64,000 nt of DNA from Parcubacteria group bacterium GW2011_GWD2_38_12 (GTDB lineage: Bacteria > Patescibacteriota > Minisyncoccia > GWC2-36-17). The number at the start of each line of letters is the position of its first letter. The stretch's first letter is position 1. Shown in pieces: positions 22,312 through 34,376 of this stretch. The translations under genes were made by a program, and so were the position numbers. The stretch spans positions 13,542-77,541 of the forward strand of contig LBUA01000001.1 in the NCBI GenBank assembly GCA_000992345.1. The letters are read 5' to 3'. Under the pieces are notes generated by a model. That model did no database searches and was not told the origin of the DNA. It saw only the letters and a program-made list of their open reading frames with translations.

Positions 22312-22360
22312 AGATTGCTTCGTGCTTGATTGACCACAATCACCTACTGGGTCGGCAATG
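22312..22360 (-). repeat. About 50-bp dispersed repeat, inverted copy of 55418-55465
   Basis: 38-nt core cagtaggtgattgtggtcaatca(a/g)gcacgaagcaatct shared with one mismatch. Confidence 0.9.
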
Positions 22361-22402
22361 ATAAAATGGTGTTTTGTAATTTAAGGGATTATTCTATATT
22401 CT

Positions 22403-23392
22403 ATGCCCATCGTTGGTCATAAAAAACAAATAAATTATTTGAACAATATCTTAAAAAATAAGGAGCAGATGCCCCATGCTTTTTTATTTGTCGGACCGGA
22501 TAAGATTGGTAAAAAAACAATCGCATTGGAATTTATAAGGTCCATTCAATGCGAGAAAAGCGAGGGACTGGGAAAGCATTGCAATGAATGCATGGCTTGC
22601 GATCAGCAGGATAGAGTGAGCGCGGATTTTTTACTGATAGAGCCGGATAGAACCGAGAAAGGGGATTTAAAAGAAATAGGAATTTCTAAGATAAGGTCTT
22701 TAATTGATTTTGCCGGCGATCGTCCCGTTTCAAACCCGTTTAAAATCGCAATTATTGATGAAGCTCATAATATGACTCAAGAGGCGCAGAATGCATTATT
22801 GAAAGTCCTTGAAGAGCCAAAGGGAGATAAAGTGATTTTTTTGGTAAGTTCCCGCGTGGAAAATTTTCTTGACACTATATTGTCGCGAGTTTATTCTATT
22901 AAATTTAATTTTGCCTCAGATGAAGAGATTTCCAAGGTATTAGATGCGATGCCATTAAAATATATCCAGAATTTGAAAGATATCCTCGGCATTGCTGGCT
23001 TGAGACCGGGCCTTGTTTATGATTTATCGCAAAAAGAAGAGTTGATAAAAAAATACGGAAAGATTATTGATGATTTTTTTGATTTTGCCAAAGCCGATCT
23101 GAATGATCGTTTTAACTATATAGAAAAATGCAATCAGCTAAAGGATTTTGACATTAGAAAATTGTTGGATAGTTGGATTATGATTTTGAGATTTGCACTC
23201 TTTCAAAAGTCGCAGATTTATGATTTAATTGATGATAGTAAAATGAAAAAGCGCCTGGCGGAATATAGTGAAAAAAGGACCATCAAAAACATTTCCGGCA
23301 GCTTGTGCTTGGCTCAGGAGATTTATTTCTTAGGCAAGTCAACTAATATAAATCAGCGTTTGGCGTTTGAAATGTTGGCACTTGCGTTATAA
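22403..23392 (+). CDS. holB: DNA polymerase III delta' subunit
   Basis: IVGH, HAFLFVGP..IGK, zinc module CNECMAC, IIDEAH, QNALLKVLEEP, TILSR. Confidence 0.9.
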   Translation: MPIVGHKKQINYLNNILKNKEQMPHAFLFVGPDKIGKKTIALEFIRSIQCEKSEGLGKHCNECMACDQQDRVSADFLLIEPDRTEKGDLKEIGISKIRSLIDFAGDRPVSNPFKIAIIDEAHNMTQEAQNALLKVLEEPKGDKVIFLVSSRVENFLDTILSRVYSIKFNFASDEEISKVLDAMPLKYIQNLKDILGIAGLRPGLVYDLSQKEELIKKYGKIIDDFFDFAKADLNDRFNYIEKCNQLKDFDIRKLLDSWIMILRFALFQKSQIYDLIDDSKMKKRLAEYSEKRTIKNISGSLCLAQEIYFLGKSTNINQRLAFEMLALAL

Positions 23393-23435
23393 TAATACGG
23401 AACATTTAACAATTTAACATCCGACATTTAACTAA

Positions 23436-24587
23436 TTGCGAGTTGACACTTTTATTTTTGTCAATCGTCAATCGTCAATTGTCAATCGTTTTTTGAAAGT
23501 AGCAATTTCATTAATTATTATTTTTCTTATTTTAGGCGCTATTTTGTTTTTTGCAGTTCCTTTTTTGTTGCAAAATATTTCTTTTCCCGGATTTTCGTCT
23601 AGTGGCTCAGGCATTGCCGGAATTTTCAAGACCATTGATGGGGGCGATTTTTGGTTTTCAAAAAATAATATTGAATCTTCAAAGTCAACGATTGGATCCG
23701 CAAATATTTTGGATTTAGTTCTTGACCCTTTTGATAATAATATTATGTATGCGGGTACTAATGGCGCCGGGATTCTTAAAAGCATAAATAATGGCGAGAG
23801 CTGGAAACGATTAGTTGATGACAATAACTTATTGGCATCTAGCGCGGTTATCAATCAAATTGCGATTAACCCTCGTGACCCCGCTCATATTTTTATTGCC
23901 GCTTTTCAGGGAGGCAGTGGCGGCATTTTTAAAACAGAAGATGCGGGACGTAGTTGGAAGCAGCTTTACATCGTTCCGTTGGCGAAACAAGACATTAAGA
24001 CGTTGGTGATTGATCCTTTAAATCCTAATTTTCTTTATGCTGGCACTACGGCTGGAGGGTTTTTGGTCAGTTCTGACGGGGGGGAGTCATGGAGAGCGCT
24101 TAAATGGTTTTTCGACCCGATAAAGAAGATTGTAATAAATCCGTTTTCATCGGCAGAGCTTTTTTTGGTTCTTGAAAACAGGGGGTTTTATAAGACGGCC
24201 GATAGGGGAGAGAACTGGAAAGATTTAACCCATACTTTTTCTGGCTATCCGTCGGCTATTAGAGTAGAGAATATTGTTTTAGATCCTCAAAGACCCAACG
24301 TTTTGTATATGACTTCCATGTATGGATTATTGAAATCTACTGATGGCGGAAATAGCTGGAGGTCGCTTAAAATTTTAGTGTCGCCCGAGACTCTGCCCGT
24401 GCAAGACATCGCAATTGATAGAAATAATTATAAGATGATTTATATAAGTGCAGGATCTAAGATTTATATTTCTAATGATGAGGGAGAGAATTGGACTGTA
24501 AAAAGTTTAAATACCGGAAAAAACGCGAAGCTAATTAGGATAGATTATAAAAATCCAAAAGTAATTTTTGTGGGGATACATAAATAA
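23436..24587 (+). CDS. Membrane-anchored BNR/Asp-box repeat beta-propeller (YCF48/VPS10-like)
   Basis: N-terminal TM helix and repeated S/T-x-D-G-G-x-x-W motifs. True start uncertain because of heptamer arrays at the 5' end. Confidence 0.85.
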   Translation: MRVDTFIFVNRQSSIVNRFLKVAISLIIIFLILGAILFFAVPFLLQNISFPGFSSSGSGIAGIFKTIDGGDFWFSKNNIESSKSTIGSANILDLVLDPFDNNIMYAGTNGAGILKSINNGESWKRLVDDNNLLASSAVINQIAINPRDPAHIFIAAFQGGSGGIFKTEDAGRSWKQLYIVPLAKQDIKTLVIDPLNPNFLYAGTTAGGFLVSSDGGESWRALKWFFDPIKKIVINPFSSAELFLVLENRGFYKTADRGENWKDLTHTFSGYPSAIRVENIVLDPQRPNVLYMTSMYGLLKSTDGGNSWRSLKILVSPETLPVQDIAIDRNNYKMIYISAGSKIYISNDEGENWTVKSLNTGKNAKLIRIDYKNPKVIFVGIHK

Positions 24588-24665
24588 GCTTAGTAGACCG
24601 GAAGCCTAAAAACTGAAAAGTAAAATACTATTAAGCTATTCAGTTAGATTTTCACCTGAATTATA

Positions 24666-25220
24666 ATGCAAGAAATATTAAATAAATTTAAATCACAATT
24701 AGAAAAAACCCTTGATTTTTTTAAGAATGATATTGCCGTGCTTCGTGCGGGCAGGCCAACGCCGGCGCTTGTTGAGAATATTTTAATAGATGCTTATGGC
24801 CAGAAAATGCCACTTCAGCAACTTGCGGTTATCAGTGTTTCTCCGCCAAATTTAATATTAATAAATCCTTGGGATAAAAATGTTATTGAAGCGATAAGTA
24901 AAGCGATAATAAATTCGCAATTGGGGCTTGCGCCAATCGTAGAGCAGGATTTTATTCGTATAGCATTACCACAGATGACGCAGGAAAAAAGAGAACAATT
25001 GATAAAATTATTGCATGAAAAATCAGAGCATGCGAGAATTTCCGTTAGAAACGAGAGGGAAGACGCATCAAAACATTTACAAAGAATGGAAAAAGAGAAA
25101 ACAATTTCGGAGGATGAATGGTTTAAAGGCAAAGAGAATATACAGAAATCGGTGGATGAATATAATATCAAGATAAAGGAAACAACAGAGAAGAAGGAGG
25201 AGGAAATCCGAACTTTATAA
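24666..25220 (+). CDS. frr: Ribosome recycling factor
   Basis: LRAGRP, DAYG, PWDK, LPQMTQEKR, ARISVRN. Confidence 0.95.
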   Translation: MQEILNKFKSQLEKTLDFFKNDIAVLRAGRPTPALVENILIDAYGQKMPLQQLAVISVSPPNLILINPWDKNVIEAISKAIINSQLGLAPIVEQDFIRIALPQMTQEKREQLIKLLHEKSEHARISVRNEREDASKHLQRMEKEKTISEDEWFKGKENIQKSVDEYNIKIKETTEKKEEEIRTL

Positions 25221-25316
25221 ATTAATTTTCAATTTCTAATTTTTATTAAATATCTAATGATTAAATTTCTAAAAAGTTTAAAAATTGATAATTAGAAATT
25301 TGATTTAATTTTACAA

Positions 25317-26399
25317 ATGCTCACTTTTATTATTTTTATATTAGTTCTTGGCGTTTTGGTGGTTGTCCATGAATTCGGGCATTTTTGGATTGCGCGTAGA
25401 AATGGTGTTCGCGTTGATGAGTTTGGTTTTGGTTTTCCGCCAAAACTTTTGGGCATTAAAAGAGGCGAGACATTATATTCTTTCAATGCCTTGCCACTTG
25501 GCGGATTTGTAAAAATTTTCGGAGAAGATATGGAAGAGGGGAAAGATGATCCGCGAAGTTTTGCGACTAAAAGCGTTGGAGCAAGATTTCGTATTATCGT
25601 TGCGGGAGTGGTGATGAATTTTATTTTAGCCGTTGTTTTATTTTCTTTCGGGTCTGCTATTGGTTTGCCCAGCGCCATAGACGGGTCTAACGAAAAATAT
25701 GCCCGTGATATCAGTGTGCAGATTATTGGTGTAGCAAAAAATTCGCCGGCGGAATTATCAGGGATTAAGATGGGGGATAAGATTTTGGAAGTTGGAGGTT
25801 GGAAGTTGGAAGTTGGAGACAGCCAAATTGAAAAAATTCAGAAAGTAATAAGCGAAAACAAGGGGCAAGAAATAATTATCACTGTTCAAAGAAAAGATGA
25901 AATTTTGAATATCAAAACAATTCCAAGGGTTGAAATTCCGAAAGACGAAGGGGCGTTAGGCATTGCGATGGCCAAAGTCGGTATAGTTGCCTATCCAGTT
26001 TACCTGGCGCCAATTAAGGGGGTGGAAGCGGCTTTTGGCGTCGGAATAAATTTTATTCACTCAGTCTATTCAATATTTAATATATGGATTACTGACGGAA
26101 GAATGATAGGAGACATTGCCGGCCCGGTGGGAATTTTCACTTTAACCGGACAAGCCGCGCGACTTGGATTTATTTATCTTCTGCAATTTGTCGCGATGCT
26201 TTCTGTTAATCTGGCGATTATTAACGCTGTTCCTTTTCCGGCGCTTGACGGAGGAAGATTATTATTTTTAGGGTTGGAAAAAATAAAGGGTTCGCCGATA
26301 AGCATTAAATGGGAAAAATACGCCCATATTATCGGTTTCGCGATTTTAATTTTATTGATCTTATTGATTACATATAAAGATGTAAGGAGAATGTTTTAG
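25317..26399 (+). CDS. rseP: RIP metalloprotease RseP
   Basis: HEFGH, PLGGFVKI, PDZ domain, NAVPFPALDGG. Confidence 0.95.
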   Translation: MLTFIIFILVLGVLVVVHEFGHFWIARRNGVRVDEFGFGFPPKLLGIKRGETLYSFNALPLGGFVKIFGEDMEEGKDDPRSFATKSVGARFRIIVAGVVMNFILAVVLFSFGSAIGLPSAIDGSNEKYARDISVQIIGVAKNSPAELSGIKMGDKILEVGGWKLEVGDSQIEKIQKVISENKGQEIIITVQRKDEILNIKTIPRVEIPKDEGALGIAMAKVGIVAYPVYLAPIKGVEAAFGVGINFIHSVYSIFNIWITDGRMIGDIAGPVGIFTLTGQAARLGFIYLLQFVAMLSVNLAIINAVPFPALDGGRLLFLGLEKIKGSPISIKWEKYAHIIGFAILILLILLITYKDVRRMF

Positions 26400-26403
26400 G
26401 GAT

Positions 26404-27663
26404 ATGTTGCAATCCAAATATTTCATAAAAACTAAAAAAGAAGCGTCTAGCGATGAGGTATCGGTGAATGCCCAATTTTTAACCAGGGGCGGATTCATTG
26501 ATAAAGAAATGGCTGGAGTCTATAGTTTTTTACCACTTGGTCTCAGAGTTTTAAGAAAAATAGAAAATATTATTCGTGAAGAAATAAATGCTATTGGTGG
26601 TCAGGAATTATTGATGCCTGCATTGCAGCCAAGAGAATTATGGGAAGAAACTCAAAGATGGGAGGAGATGGATGTGCTTTATCGCTTTCAAGACCAGCAG
26701 AAAAAATGGCTGGCTTTGGGCCCGACTCACGAAGAGGTACTCACCGATATTATCAGAAAAAACATCAATTCTTATAAAGATTTGCCACTTTATCTTTTTC
26801 AAATACAGACAAAGTTTCGCGATGAGCTTCGCGCGAAAGCCGGATTGCTTCGGGGCAGAGAATTTTTAATGAAAGATTTGTATAGTTTTCATGAGAGTGA
26901 AGAAGACAGGAAAAATTATTATCAAAAAGCCATTAAAGCGTATAAGAAAATTTTTAAACGTTGCGGACTTGATGTTTTAGTGGCTGAGGCATCGGGTGGC
27001 GCATTTTCCAAGGAATTTTCTCATGAATTTCAAGTGCAGACTCCAAGCGGTGAAGATTTGGTAGTTTTTTGTCCCAATGGAGATTTTTCCAAAAATAAAG
27101 AAATCACGGATTTGAGGGAAGGGGCAAAATGTCCGAATTGCTTAGCTCATTTAATAGATGTCAAAACCATTGAGGTTGGCAATATTTTCACGCTTGGCAC
27201 AAAATTTTCCGAAGCAATGGGAGCTAATTTTTTAGATAAGAACGGGCAAAAAAAACCGATTGTGATGGGCTGTTATGGTATTGGCATTTCAAGAATTATG
27301 GGTGCAGTTGCGGAAGTAAATCATGATGAAAGAGGGATAATTTGGCCAGAAGAAATCGCGCCGTTTAAAACACATTTGATTTCTATAACGGCTAAAGATA
27401 AAAAAACCGATCAAAAAGTTAAAAATACCACAAAAAAGACTTATAAAGAACTACTTGATTTGGATATTGAAGTATTGTATGATGACCGCACTGAAATATC
27501 GGCAGGCGCTAAATTTGCTGATTCGGACCTATTGGGGATACCATTTAGGATAGTTATTAGCGAGAAGACATTAGCAAAAAATAGCGTGGAGATTAGAAAA
27601 AGAGGAGAGGAAAAGGCGAAATTAGTGAAAATTAAAGAAATTTTTAGAAAATTAAAAATTTAG
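26404..27663 (+). CDS. proS: Proline--tRNA ligase (short form, no INS editing domain)
   Basis: LGPTHEE, QTKFRDE..GLLRGREFLMKD, EVGNIF.LG, MGCYGIG. Confidence 0.96.
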   Translation: MLQSKYFIKTKKEASSDEVSVNAQFLTRGGFIDKEMAGVYSFLPLGLRVLRKIENIIREEINAIGGQELLMPALQPRELWEETQRWEEMDVLYRFQDQQKKWLALGPTHEEVLTDIIRKNINSYKDLPLYLFQIQTKFRDELRAKAGLLRGREFLMKDLYSFHESEEDRKNYYQKAIKAYKKIFKRCGLDVLVAEASGGAFSKEFSHEFQVQTPSGEDLVVFCPNGDFSKNKEITDLREGAKCPNCLAHLIDVKTIEVGNIFTLGTKFSEAMGANFLDKNGQKKPIVMGCYGIGISRIMGAVAEVNHDERGIIWPEEIAPFKTHLISITAKDKKTDQKVKNTTKKTYKELLDLDIEVLYDDRTEISAGAKFADSDLLGIPFRIVISEKTLAKNSVEIRKRGEEKAKLVKIKEIFRKLKI

Positions 27664-27674
27664 CTGAAAAGTAA

Positions 27675-28726
<1,052 letters not shown>

Positions 28727-28761
28727 TTTAATTGGTTTTATCTTTAAACTATGCGCGGAAT

Positions 28762-29565
28762 ATGAGATTATTTAAGAATAAATTCTTTATTTTTTTGTTG
28801 TTCTTAATTTTCTCCTTCTTGATTATTTTCTTAAATTCCCGAAAGTTATTGGGATTTTCAAATAATTTTTTAAATGTATTTGTCTCTTCCGTTTCGAAGC
28901 CGGTTTGGTTGGTATCTGGAAGATTTTCCAGCCTTTTTTCTTTTATAGTTGATTTAAAAAATATTCGTTCGGAAGATTTCAATTTGAAAGATAAAAATCA
29001 AAGGTTACTCGCAGAGAATATTTATTTGAAAGATTTATTGAAAGAAAAAGAAATTCTGGATAAGGCAAGAGAATTTCATATTAAAGATAATTTTGATTGG
29101 CAGATTGGTCGTGTCATTGGTATGGATATTCAGAATTGGTCCGGATATGTAATTGTTGATATTGGTAGTGATGATGGCATAAAGATTGGTATGCCAGTTA
29201 TTACGCAAAATAAATTGTTAGTAGGGAAAGTTATTGAAGTAGAGAAGAAATTCTCCAAAATCTCCACATTACTTAATCCTTCGATTAAGGTAGCCACGAA
29301 AACTCAAGATAGTCAGGCATTTGGAATGTTGACGGGTGACTATACAAAGAGTTTATTAATGGATTTCATTGATAAGGACAAAGTTCTTTTATTGGGAGAG
29401 CCGGTTATGACTTCCGGTAAAGACGGATTCTTCCCGGCGGGTCTTGTAATAGGAGAATTGAAAAATTTTGAAATAAAGCCGGAAAATCTTTTTCAAACCG
29501 CAATAATACGGAGCGAATTGAATATTTATGATTTGGACAGAGTTTTGGTTTTAACGAAATTTTAA
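28762..29565 (+). CDS. mreC: Rod-shape determining protein MreC
   Basis: TM helix, coiled coil, VDIGSDDGIKIGMPV, TSG..G.FPAGLVIG. Confidence 0.92.
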   Translation: MRLFKNKFFIFLLFLIFSFLIIFLNSRKLLGFSNNFLNVFVSSVSKPVWLVSGRFSSLFSFIVDLKNIRSEDFNLKDKNQRLLAENIYLKDLLKEKEILDKAREFHIKDNFDWQIGRVIGMDIQNWSGYVIVDIGSDDGIKIGMPVITQNKLLVGKVIEVEKKFSKISTLLNPSIKVATKTQDSQAFGMLTGDYTKSLLMDFIDKDKVLLLGEPVMTSGKDGFFPAGLVIGELKNFEIKPENLFQTAIIRSELNIYDLDRVLVLTKF

Positions 29566-29578
29566 CAATAACAAATAG

Positions 29579-30109
29579 ATGAAGTTTTTTTTCTTTTCTT
29601 TATTACTGTTTTTTTTGTTTATTTTGCAAATAAGTGTTTTACCGTTTTTATTAATTTTTGGAGTTCTGCCGAATCTATTGCTTGTAGCTTCGATTTTCTT
29701 TATATTTTATCCATTAGGCAGGGGATTAGATTATAGGGAATTGATGGCATTTTCTTTTGCGTCCGGATTTCTTATTGATACTTACTCTGGAATGCCTTTT
29801 GGGGTCGTCATGTTATCTTTTATTTTGACGGTAGCGTTAGTTCACTTTTTGGCTTATAATTTTTTGGAAAAAGCCAATTTTTTTATGGTTTGTATCGGCG
29901 TATTGATAGGTTCGATCGCTTACTCCATAATTTCCTTTGGCATTTTGAGATTATATATCGCGTTTAATTTAATATCTGATTTGGGATTTGATTATTCGGT
30001 ATTTTTCAAAGTAATGTTGATTTTCTCTGTATTAAATATTGGTGCTGTAATGGTGATGCATATACCGTTTAAAAAATTTGTGATATTTACTGATAAATTT
30101 AAGAGATGA
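29579..30109 (+). CDS. mreD: Rod-shape determining protein MreD
   Basis: PNLLL, GFLIDTYSGMPFG, position between mreC and mrdA. Confidence 0.85.
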   Translation: MKFFFFSLLLFFLFILQISVLPFLLIFGVLPNLLLVASIFFIFYPLGRGLDYRELMAFSFASGFLIDTYSGMPFGVVMLSFILTVALVHFLAYNFLEKANFFMVCIGVLIGSIAYSIISFGILRLYIAFNLISDLGFDYSVFFKVMLIFSVLNIGAVMVMHIPFKKFVIFTDKFKR

Positions 30110-30116
30110 TTTTCAT

Positions 30117-32069
30117 ATGTTTATTTCAGGCGATGAAGAAGAATATAAAGTTTCAAGAAATGAACAATCTTCCATTGAGCCGGAAGAAATTTTTTTTGAC
30201 GCCAAGGTAAAACGTAATTTTTGGAATCAGGGCGGAGACCTTTCTCAATCCAGGATGGAAGTGCCCTTGGGTTTTAAAAATTTTTTTGTTGTCGGATTTT
30301 TAATAATAACCATGTTCCTGGTTATGTTTTTTTATAATTTTTATATTCAGATATTTTTAAAAGAAAAATTTAGGTTGCAGGCGAAAATCAACAGTATGAG
30401 GGTGGAGAGCATAAAAGCTCCTCGAGGCATTATTTATGATCATAATATGAAAGCGCTTGTATCCAATGAACCGAGTTTTGATGTGATTTTAATTCCGAAA
30501 GATTTATCAACTGACAGTGTAGATGATTATATTGGTGAATTAAGCGATATAATAGGAGTTTCGGAAAATGAATTAAGGGGGGTATTTGAAAATTCCGATA
30601 GAATGTCCATAGTGCCAATTATTTTAAAGGAAAATCTCGATAAAAACCTCGCTCTTTTACTGGAAGCGCAAATCAGCAATTTTAAAGGCATTGAGGTTGA
30701 AAAAAATGCCGTACGTGATTATAAAGATGGGATGATTTTTTCGCATCTTATTGGGTATACGGCAAAAATATCCGGTGAGGAATTAAAATTAAAAAAAAAT
30801 TATCTTCCAACCGACTATATAGGAAAAACTGGGATAGAGCAGTATTATGAGGATTTTTTGAGGGGAGAAAACGGGAAATATGTCAGCTATCTTGATGCGC
30901 GTCACAATACTTTAAGAGAGGGCTTGGAACGTGAGCCAAAAGTTGGCGATAGCGTTATTTTATCTATTGATGCTGATCTGCAAAAATTGGCCTATGAATC
31001 TTTGAAAGAGGCGACGAGTAAAGCCGGACTTGGCGGCGTGTTTATAGCTATCAATCCGAAAGATGGAAAAATTTTATCTGCTGTGAGCGCGCCGGGATAC
31101 GATAATAATCTTTTTTCTCGAGGGATTTCTAATAAGGATTATCAGTCGTTGCTCCAAGATAAATCTAAACTGCTTTTTAATAGAATTATTTCCGGAAAAT
31201 ACCCCCCAGGATCCAGCATAAAGCCATATATTGGAGCAGCAGCTCTTGAAGAAAATATTATTACTCCGGACAGGCAGATTTTAAGTACCGGAAGCATAGC
31301 TATAGGAGATAATCCAGAAACTGCTTATGTATTTAATGATTGGAAAATTGGTGGTCATGGGTGGGTTAATATTGGCAAGGCGATTGCGCAGTCCGTGAAT
31401 ACTTATTTTTATACGATTGGCGGTGGCTACGGCGATATAAAAGGCCTTGGCATGGAAAAAATTAAAAAGCATCTTGAGCAATTCGGTTTTAATAATCTGT
31501 CCGGCATAGATATTTTAGGGGAATCAGGAGGATTTATTCCTACGCCGGAGTGGAAAAAAGAAAAAATAGGAGAAAGTTGGTATATCGGCGACACCTATAA
31601 TGCATCTATCGGCCAGGGCTATATAACGGTGACGCCATTACAGATTGCTCTTGCCGTATCTACAATCGCGAATGGCGGAATTCTTTTTGAGCCGAAATTA
31701 GCGGAGAGAATTATTGATTCCAATAAGAAAATAATCCAAGAATTTGCTCCAGAAATTATTAGGAAGGATTTTATTCAAAAAAATAATATTGAAGTTATAA
31801 GGCGTGCGATGAGAGAAACGGTTAGCGATGGATCGGCGAGGTCGCTGAATGAATTGCCTATTAAGGTTGCCGGAAAAACCGGCACAGCGCAATTCGGAGG
31901 CGATGGGAAAACACATGCATGGTTTTCCGGATGGGCGCCATATGAAAATCCGGAGATTGCCATTGTTGTTTTAGTTGAAGGAGGAGGTGAGGGGTCTTCT
32001 GTTTCTGTGCCAATAGCTAAAGAAATTTTTAAATGGTGGGCTGAACAGAAAATTAAAGATTCAAAATGA
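30117..32069 (+). CDS. mrdA: Penicillin-binding protein 2
   Basis: APRGIIYD, SxxK (PGSSIK), SxN (SVN), KTGTAQ. Confidence 0.95.
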   Translation: MFISGDEEEYKVSRNEQSSIEPEEIFFDAKVKRNFWNQGGDLSQSRMEVPLGFKNFFVVGFLIITMFLVMFFYNFYIQIFLKEKFRLQAKINSMRVESIKAPRGIIYDHNMKALVSNEPSFDVILIPKDLSTDSVDDYIGELSDIIGVSENELRGVFENSDRMSIVPIILKENLDKNLALLLEAQISNFKGIEVEKNAVRDYKDGMIFSHLIGYTAKISGEELKLKKNYLPTDYIGKTGIEQYYEDFLRGENGKYVSYLDARHNTLREGLEREPKVGDSVILSIDADLQKLAYESLKEATSKAGLGGVFIAINPKDGKILSAVSAPGYDNNLFSRGISNKDYQSLLQDKSKLLFNRIISGKYPPGSSIKPYIGAAALEENIITPDRQILSTGSIAIGDNPETAYVFNDWKIGGHGWVNIGKAIAQSVNTYFYTIGGGYGDIKGLGMEKIKKHLEQFGFNNLSGIDILGESGGFIPTPEWKKEKIGESWYIGDTYNASIGQGYITVTPLQIALAVSTIANGGILFEPKLAERIIDSNKKIIQEFAPEIIRKDFIQKNNIEVIRRAMRETVSDGSARSLNELPIKVAGKTGTAQFGGDGKTHAWFSGWAPYENPEIAIVVLVEGGGEGSSVSVPIAKEIFKWWAEQKIKDSK

Positions 32070-32091
32070 AAAAGAGACAAACGCAAAATGC

Positions 32092-32120
32092 TTGACTTTT
32101 GAGAAGTAACCTTTTATCAT
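32092..32120 (+). promoter_or_regulatory. Predicted greA promoter
   Basis: TTGACT-17 bp-TATCAT. Confidence 0.5.
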
Positions 32121-32213
32121 TCAAAGTTATTAAATTCGCTATTCGCTAATCGCTATTCGCTAATCGTTTTTTATGATTTGCGTTTTGCATTTTGCGTTTT
32201 GCTTTTTAGCAAG

Positions 32214-32678
32214 ATGTCGTCAAAAGAATATATTTCTGAGGAGGGTCTTGAGAAATTAAAACAAGAATTAGAGAATTTTAAAACTGTCAAAAGACAAGAA
32301 ATCGCTCAGCGTCTTGAAGAAGCGAAAAAAATGGGAGATTTGTCAGAAAATGCCGAATATACAGAAGCAAGGGAAGCTCAGGAGTTTAATGAGCGTGAAA
32401 TTGCAGAAATGGAGGACTTAATTAAAAAAGCGATAGTAATCGGGAAAACTAAAAATAAAGATGAAATACAAGTAGGGTCTGTGTTTGTTGTGAAATCTCA
32501 CGGAAAAGAACAAGAGCTGACTATTGTTGGCTCGGAAGAGGCGGATCCAATCCAAGGGAAAATCTCCAACGAATCTCCTCTTGGCAAAGCATTTCTAGGC
32601 AAGAAAAAGGGAGATGATGCCAGGATTAAAACTCCCAAGGGGGAAGCGAAATATACTATAGAGAAAATTATTTCGTAA
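32214..32678 (+). CDS. greA: Transcription elongation factor GreA
   Basis: GDLSENAEY, IVGSEEADP..GKISNESPLGKA. ATG 32214. Confidence 0.97.
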   Translation: MSSKEYISEEGLEKLKQELENFKTVKRQEIAQRLEEAKKMGDLSENAEYTEAREAQEFNEREIAEMEDLIKKAIVIGKTKNKDEIQVGSVFVVKSHGKEQELTIVGSEEADPIQGKISNESPLGKAFLGKKKGDDARIKTPKGEAKYTIEKIIS

Positions 32679-32681
32679 GCG

Positions 32682-32708
32682 CGAGGCGGCCGAATGGCCG
32701 CCTTTTTT
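32682..32708 (+). terminator. Intrinsic terminator after greA
   Basis: gaggcggcc-gaat-ggccgcctttttt. Confidence 0.8.
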
Positions 32709-32834
32709 ATTTTCTTGTCTAAATGTGTTTTTTTAGCTAAACTTAAAACATATAACATGAAATATATAACATGAAACACAAAGCATTTTTTATTGAATTT
32801 TTGCTCCATGTTTCATATTTCATGTTCCACAAAG

Positions 32835-34337
32835 TTGGCTTCTATTGAAGAAATTCGCGATAATCGCATAAAAAAACTGGAAGAATTAAGGAAATTCGAC
32901 ATAAATCCATATCCCGCAAAAAGCGGAAGGAATTTTTCTATTGCCGATATTTTGACTGATTTTGATAATTTAGCGCAAGATAAAAAAGAAGTGATTTTAG
33001 CCGGAAGGATTACTTCTTTGCGCGGTCAAGGCGCTTTGATATTCGTAGATCTGAAGGATGGCAGTGGGAGTATCCAACTTTTTTTTAAAAAAGATAATTT
33101 TAGCGACAGTGATTTTGAAAAATTACAAAACTTGTTTGATATAGGAGATATTGTGGAATCCGGCGGTATTTTGTTCGTCACTAAACGTGGCGAGAAAACT
33201 CTGGAAGTTAAAAATTTCAGGATTTTGACTAAAAGTTTAAGACCGATACCCACGGAATTTTACGGACTTTCCGATATTGAAGAACGCTATCGTAGAAGAT
33301 ATTTGGATCTCCTATTGAATGATGATGTTAGAGAAAAATTCATTAAGCGCAGTAAAATTATAAATGTTTTGAGAGAATTTTATAATACAAAAGGATATTT
33401 GGAGGTGGAAACGCCGATATTACAGACAATCCCGGGTGGAGCAACTGCCAAACCATTTAAAACACATTTAAATGCGCTTGATCTTGATTTATATTTGCGC
33501 ATTGCCCCGGAACTTTATTTAAAACGTCTTTTGGTGGGTGGGTTTGAAAAAGTTTATGAAATAGGAAGGTGTTTTCGCAACGAAGGAATGGACGCGACTC
33601 ACAACCCCGATTTCACGATGCTTGAAAGCTATAGCGCTTATGAAAATTACAAAGATTTAATGATTATGGTGGAACGATTGATGGAATTTTTGATTGCCAA
33701 AATCTATCCCGACGCGGAAAACTATAGAATAGAATATAAAGAACAAAAAATTATTTTTAAGGCCCCATACATGATAATAGAATTTACGGAGCTGTTAAAA
33801 GAACATTTTAAGATTGATTATGATGAAATGTCTGAAGACGAATTATTTAAATTTGCGGAAAAAGAAATTAAAAATAGAAAAAGTGATTTAAAGTTAAAAC
33901 AGGGTATGCATAAAGGAAAAATAGCTGATGAGCTTTATAAGGAGTTCATAAGAAGTGAAATCATTCAGCCGATATTTATGATAAATCATCCTCTTGAACT
34001 TTCTCCGCTTGCTAAAAAAACAGAAGAAAATCCCTTGAAAGTGGAAAGATTTCAATTGATTGTTGCGGGGATTGAATTAATGAATGGATATTCCGAGCTC
34101 AATGATCCAATTGATCAGCATAAAAGATTCAGAGAGCAGGAAAATATCGGAAAATCCGGAGATGAGGAAGTGCAAAGACTTGATATTGATTATATTGAAG
34201 CATTGGAATATGGCATGCCTCCAGCTGCCGGGCTTGGTATTGGCGTTGAACGGTTAGTGATGCTTCTGACTGATTCCCAGACCTTGAGAGAATCCATGCT
34301 TTTCCCGACAATGAAACCTCGCGGTGAGGGAAGATGA
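32835..34337 (+). CDS. lysS: Lysine--tRNA ligase (class II)
   Basis: YRRRYLDL, GGATAKPF, FRNEGMD..HNPDFT, YGMPPAAGLGIG. TTG 32835 preferred (MASIEEIR); promoter TTGTCT-17-TAAACT at 32715-32743. Confidence 0.97.
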   Translation: MASIEEIRDNRIKKLEELRKFDINPYPAKSGRNFSIADILTDFDNLAQDKKEVILAGRITSLRGQGALIFVDLKDGSGSIQLFFKKDNFSDSDFEKLQNLFDIGDIVESGGILFVTKRGEKTLEVKNFRILTKSLRPIPTEFYGLSDIEERYRRRYLDLLLNDDVREKFIKRSKIINVLREFYNTKGYLEVETPILQTIPGGATAKPFKTHLNALDLDLYLRIAPELYLKRLLVGGFEKVYEIGRCFRNEGMDATHNPDFTMLESYSAYENYKDLMIMVERLMEFLIAKIYPDAENYRIEYKEQKIIFKAPYMIIEFTELLKEHFKIDYDEMSEDELFKFAEKEIKNRKSDLKLKQGMHKGKIADELYKEFIRSEIIQPIFMINHPLELSPLAKKTEENPLKVERFQLIVAGIELMNGYSELNDPIDQHKRFREQENIGKSGDEEVQRLDIDYIEALEYGMPPAAGLGIGVERLVMLLTDSQTLRESMLFPTMKPRGEGR

Positions 34338-34376
34338 GATATTTGTTTTTTGAAAATTAAATAAGGAGGGCTGAGA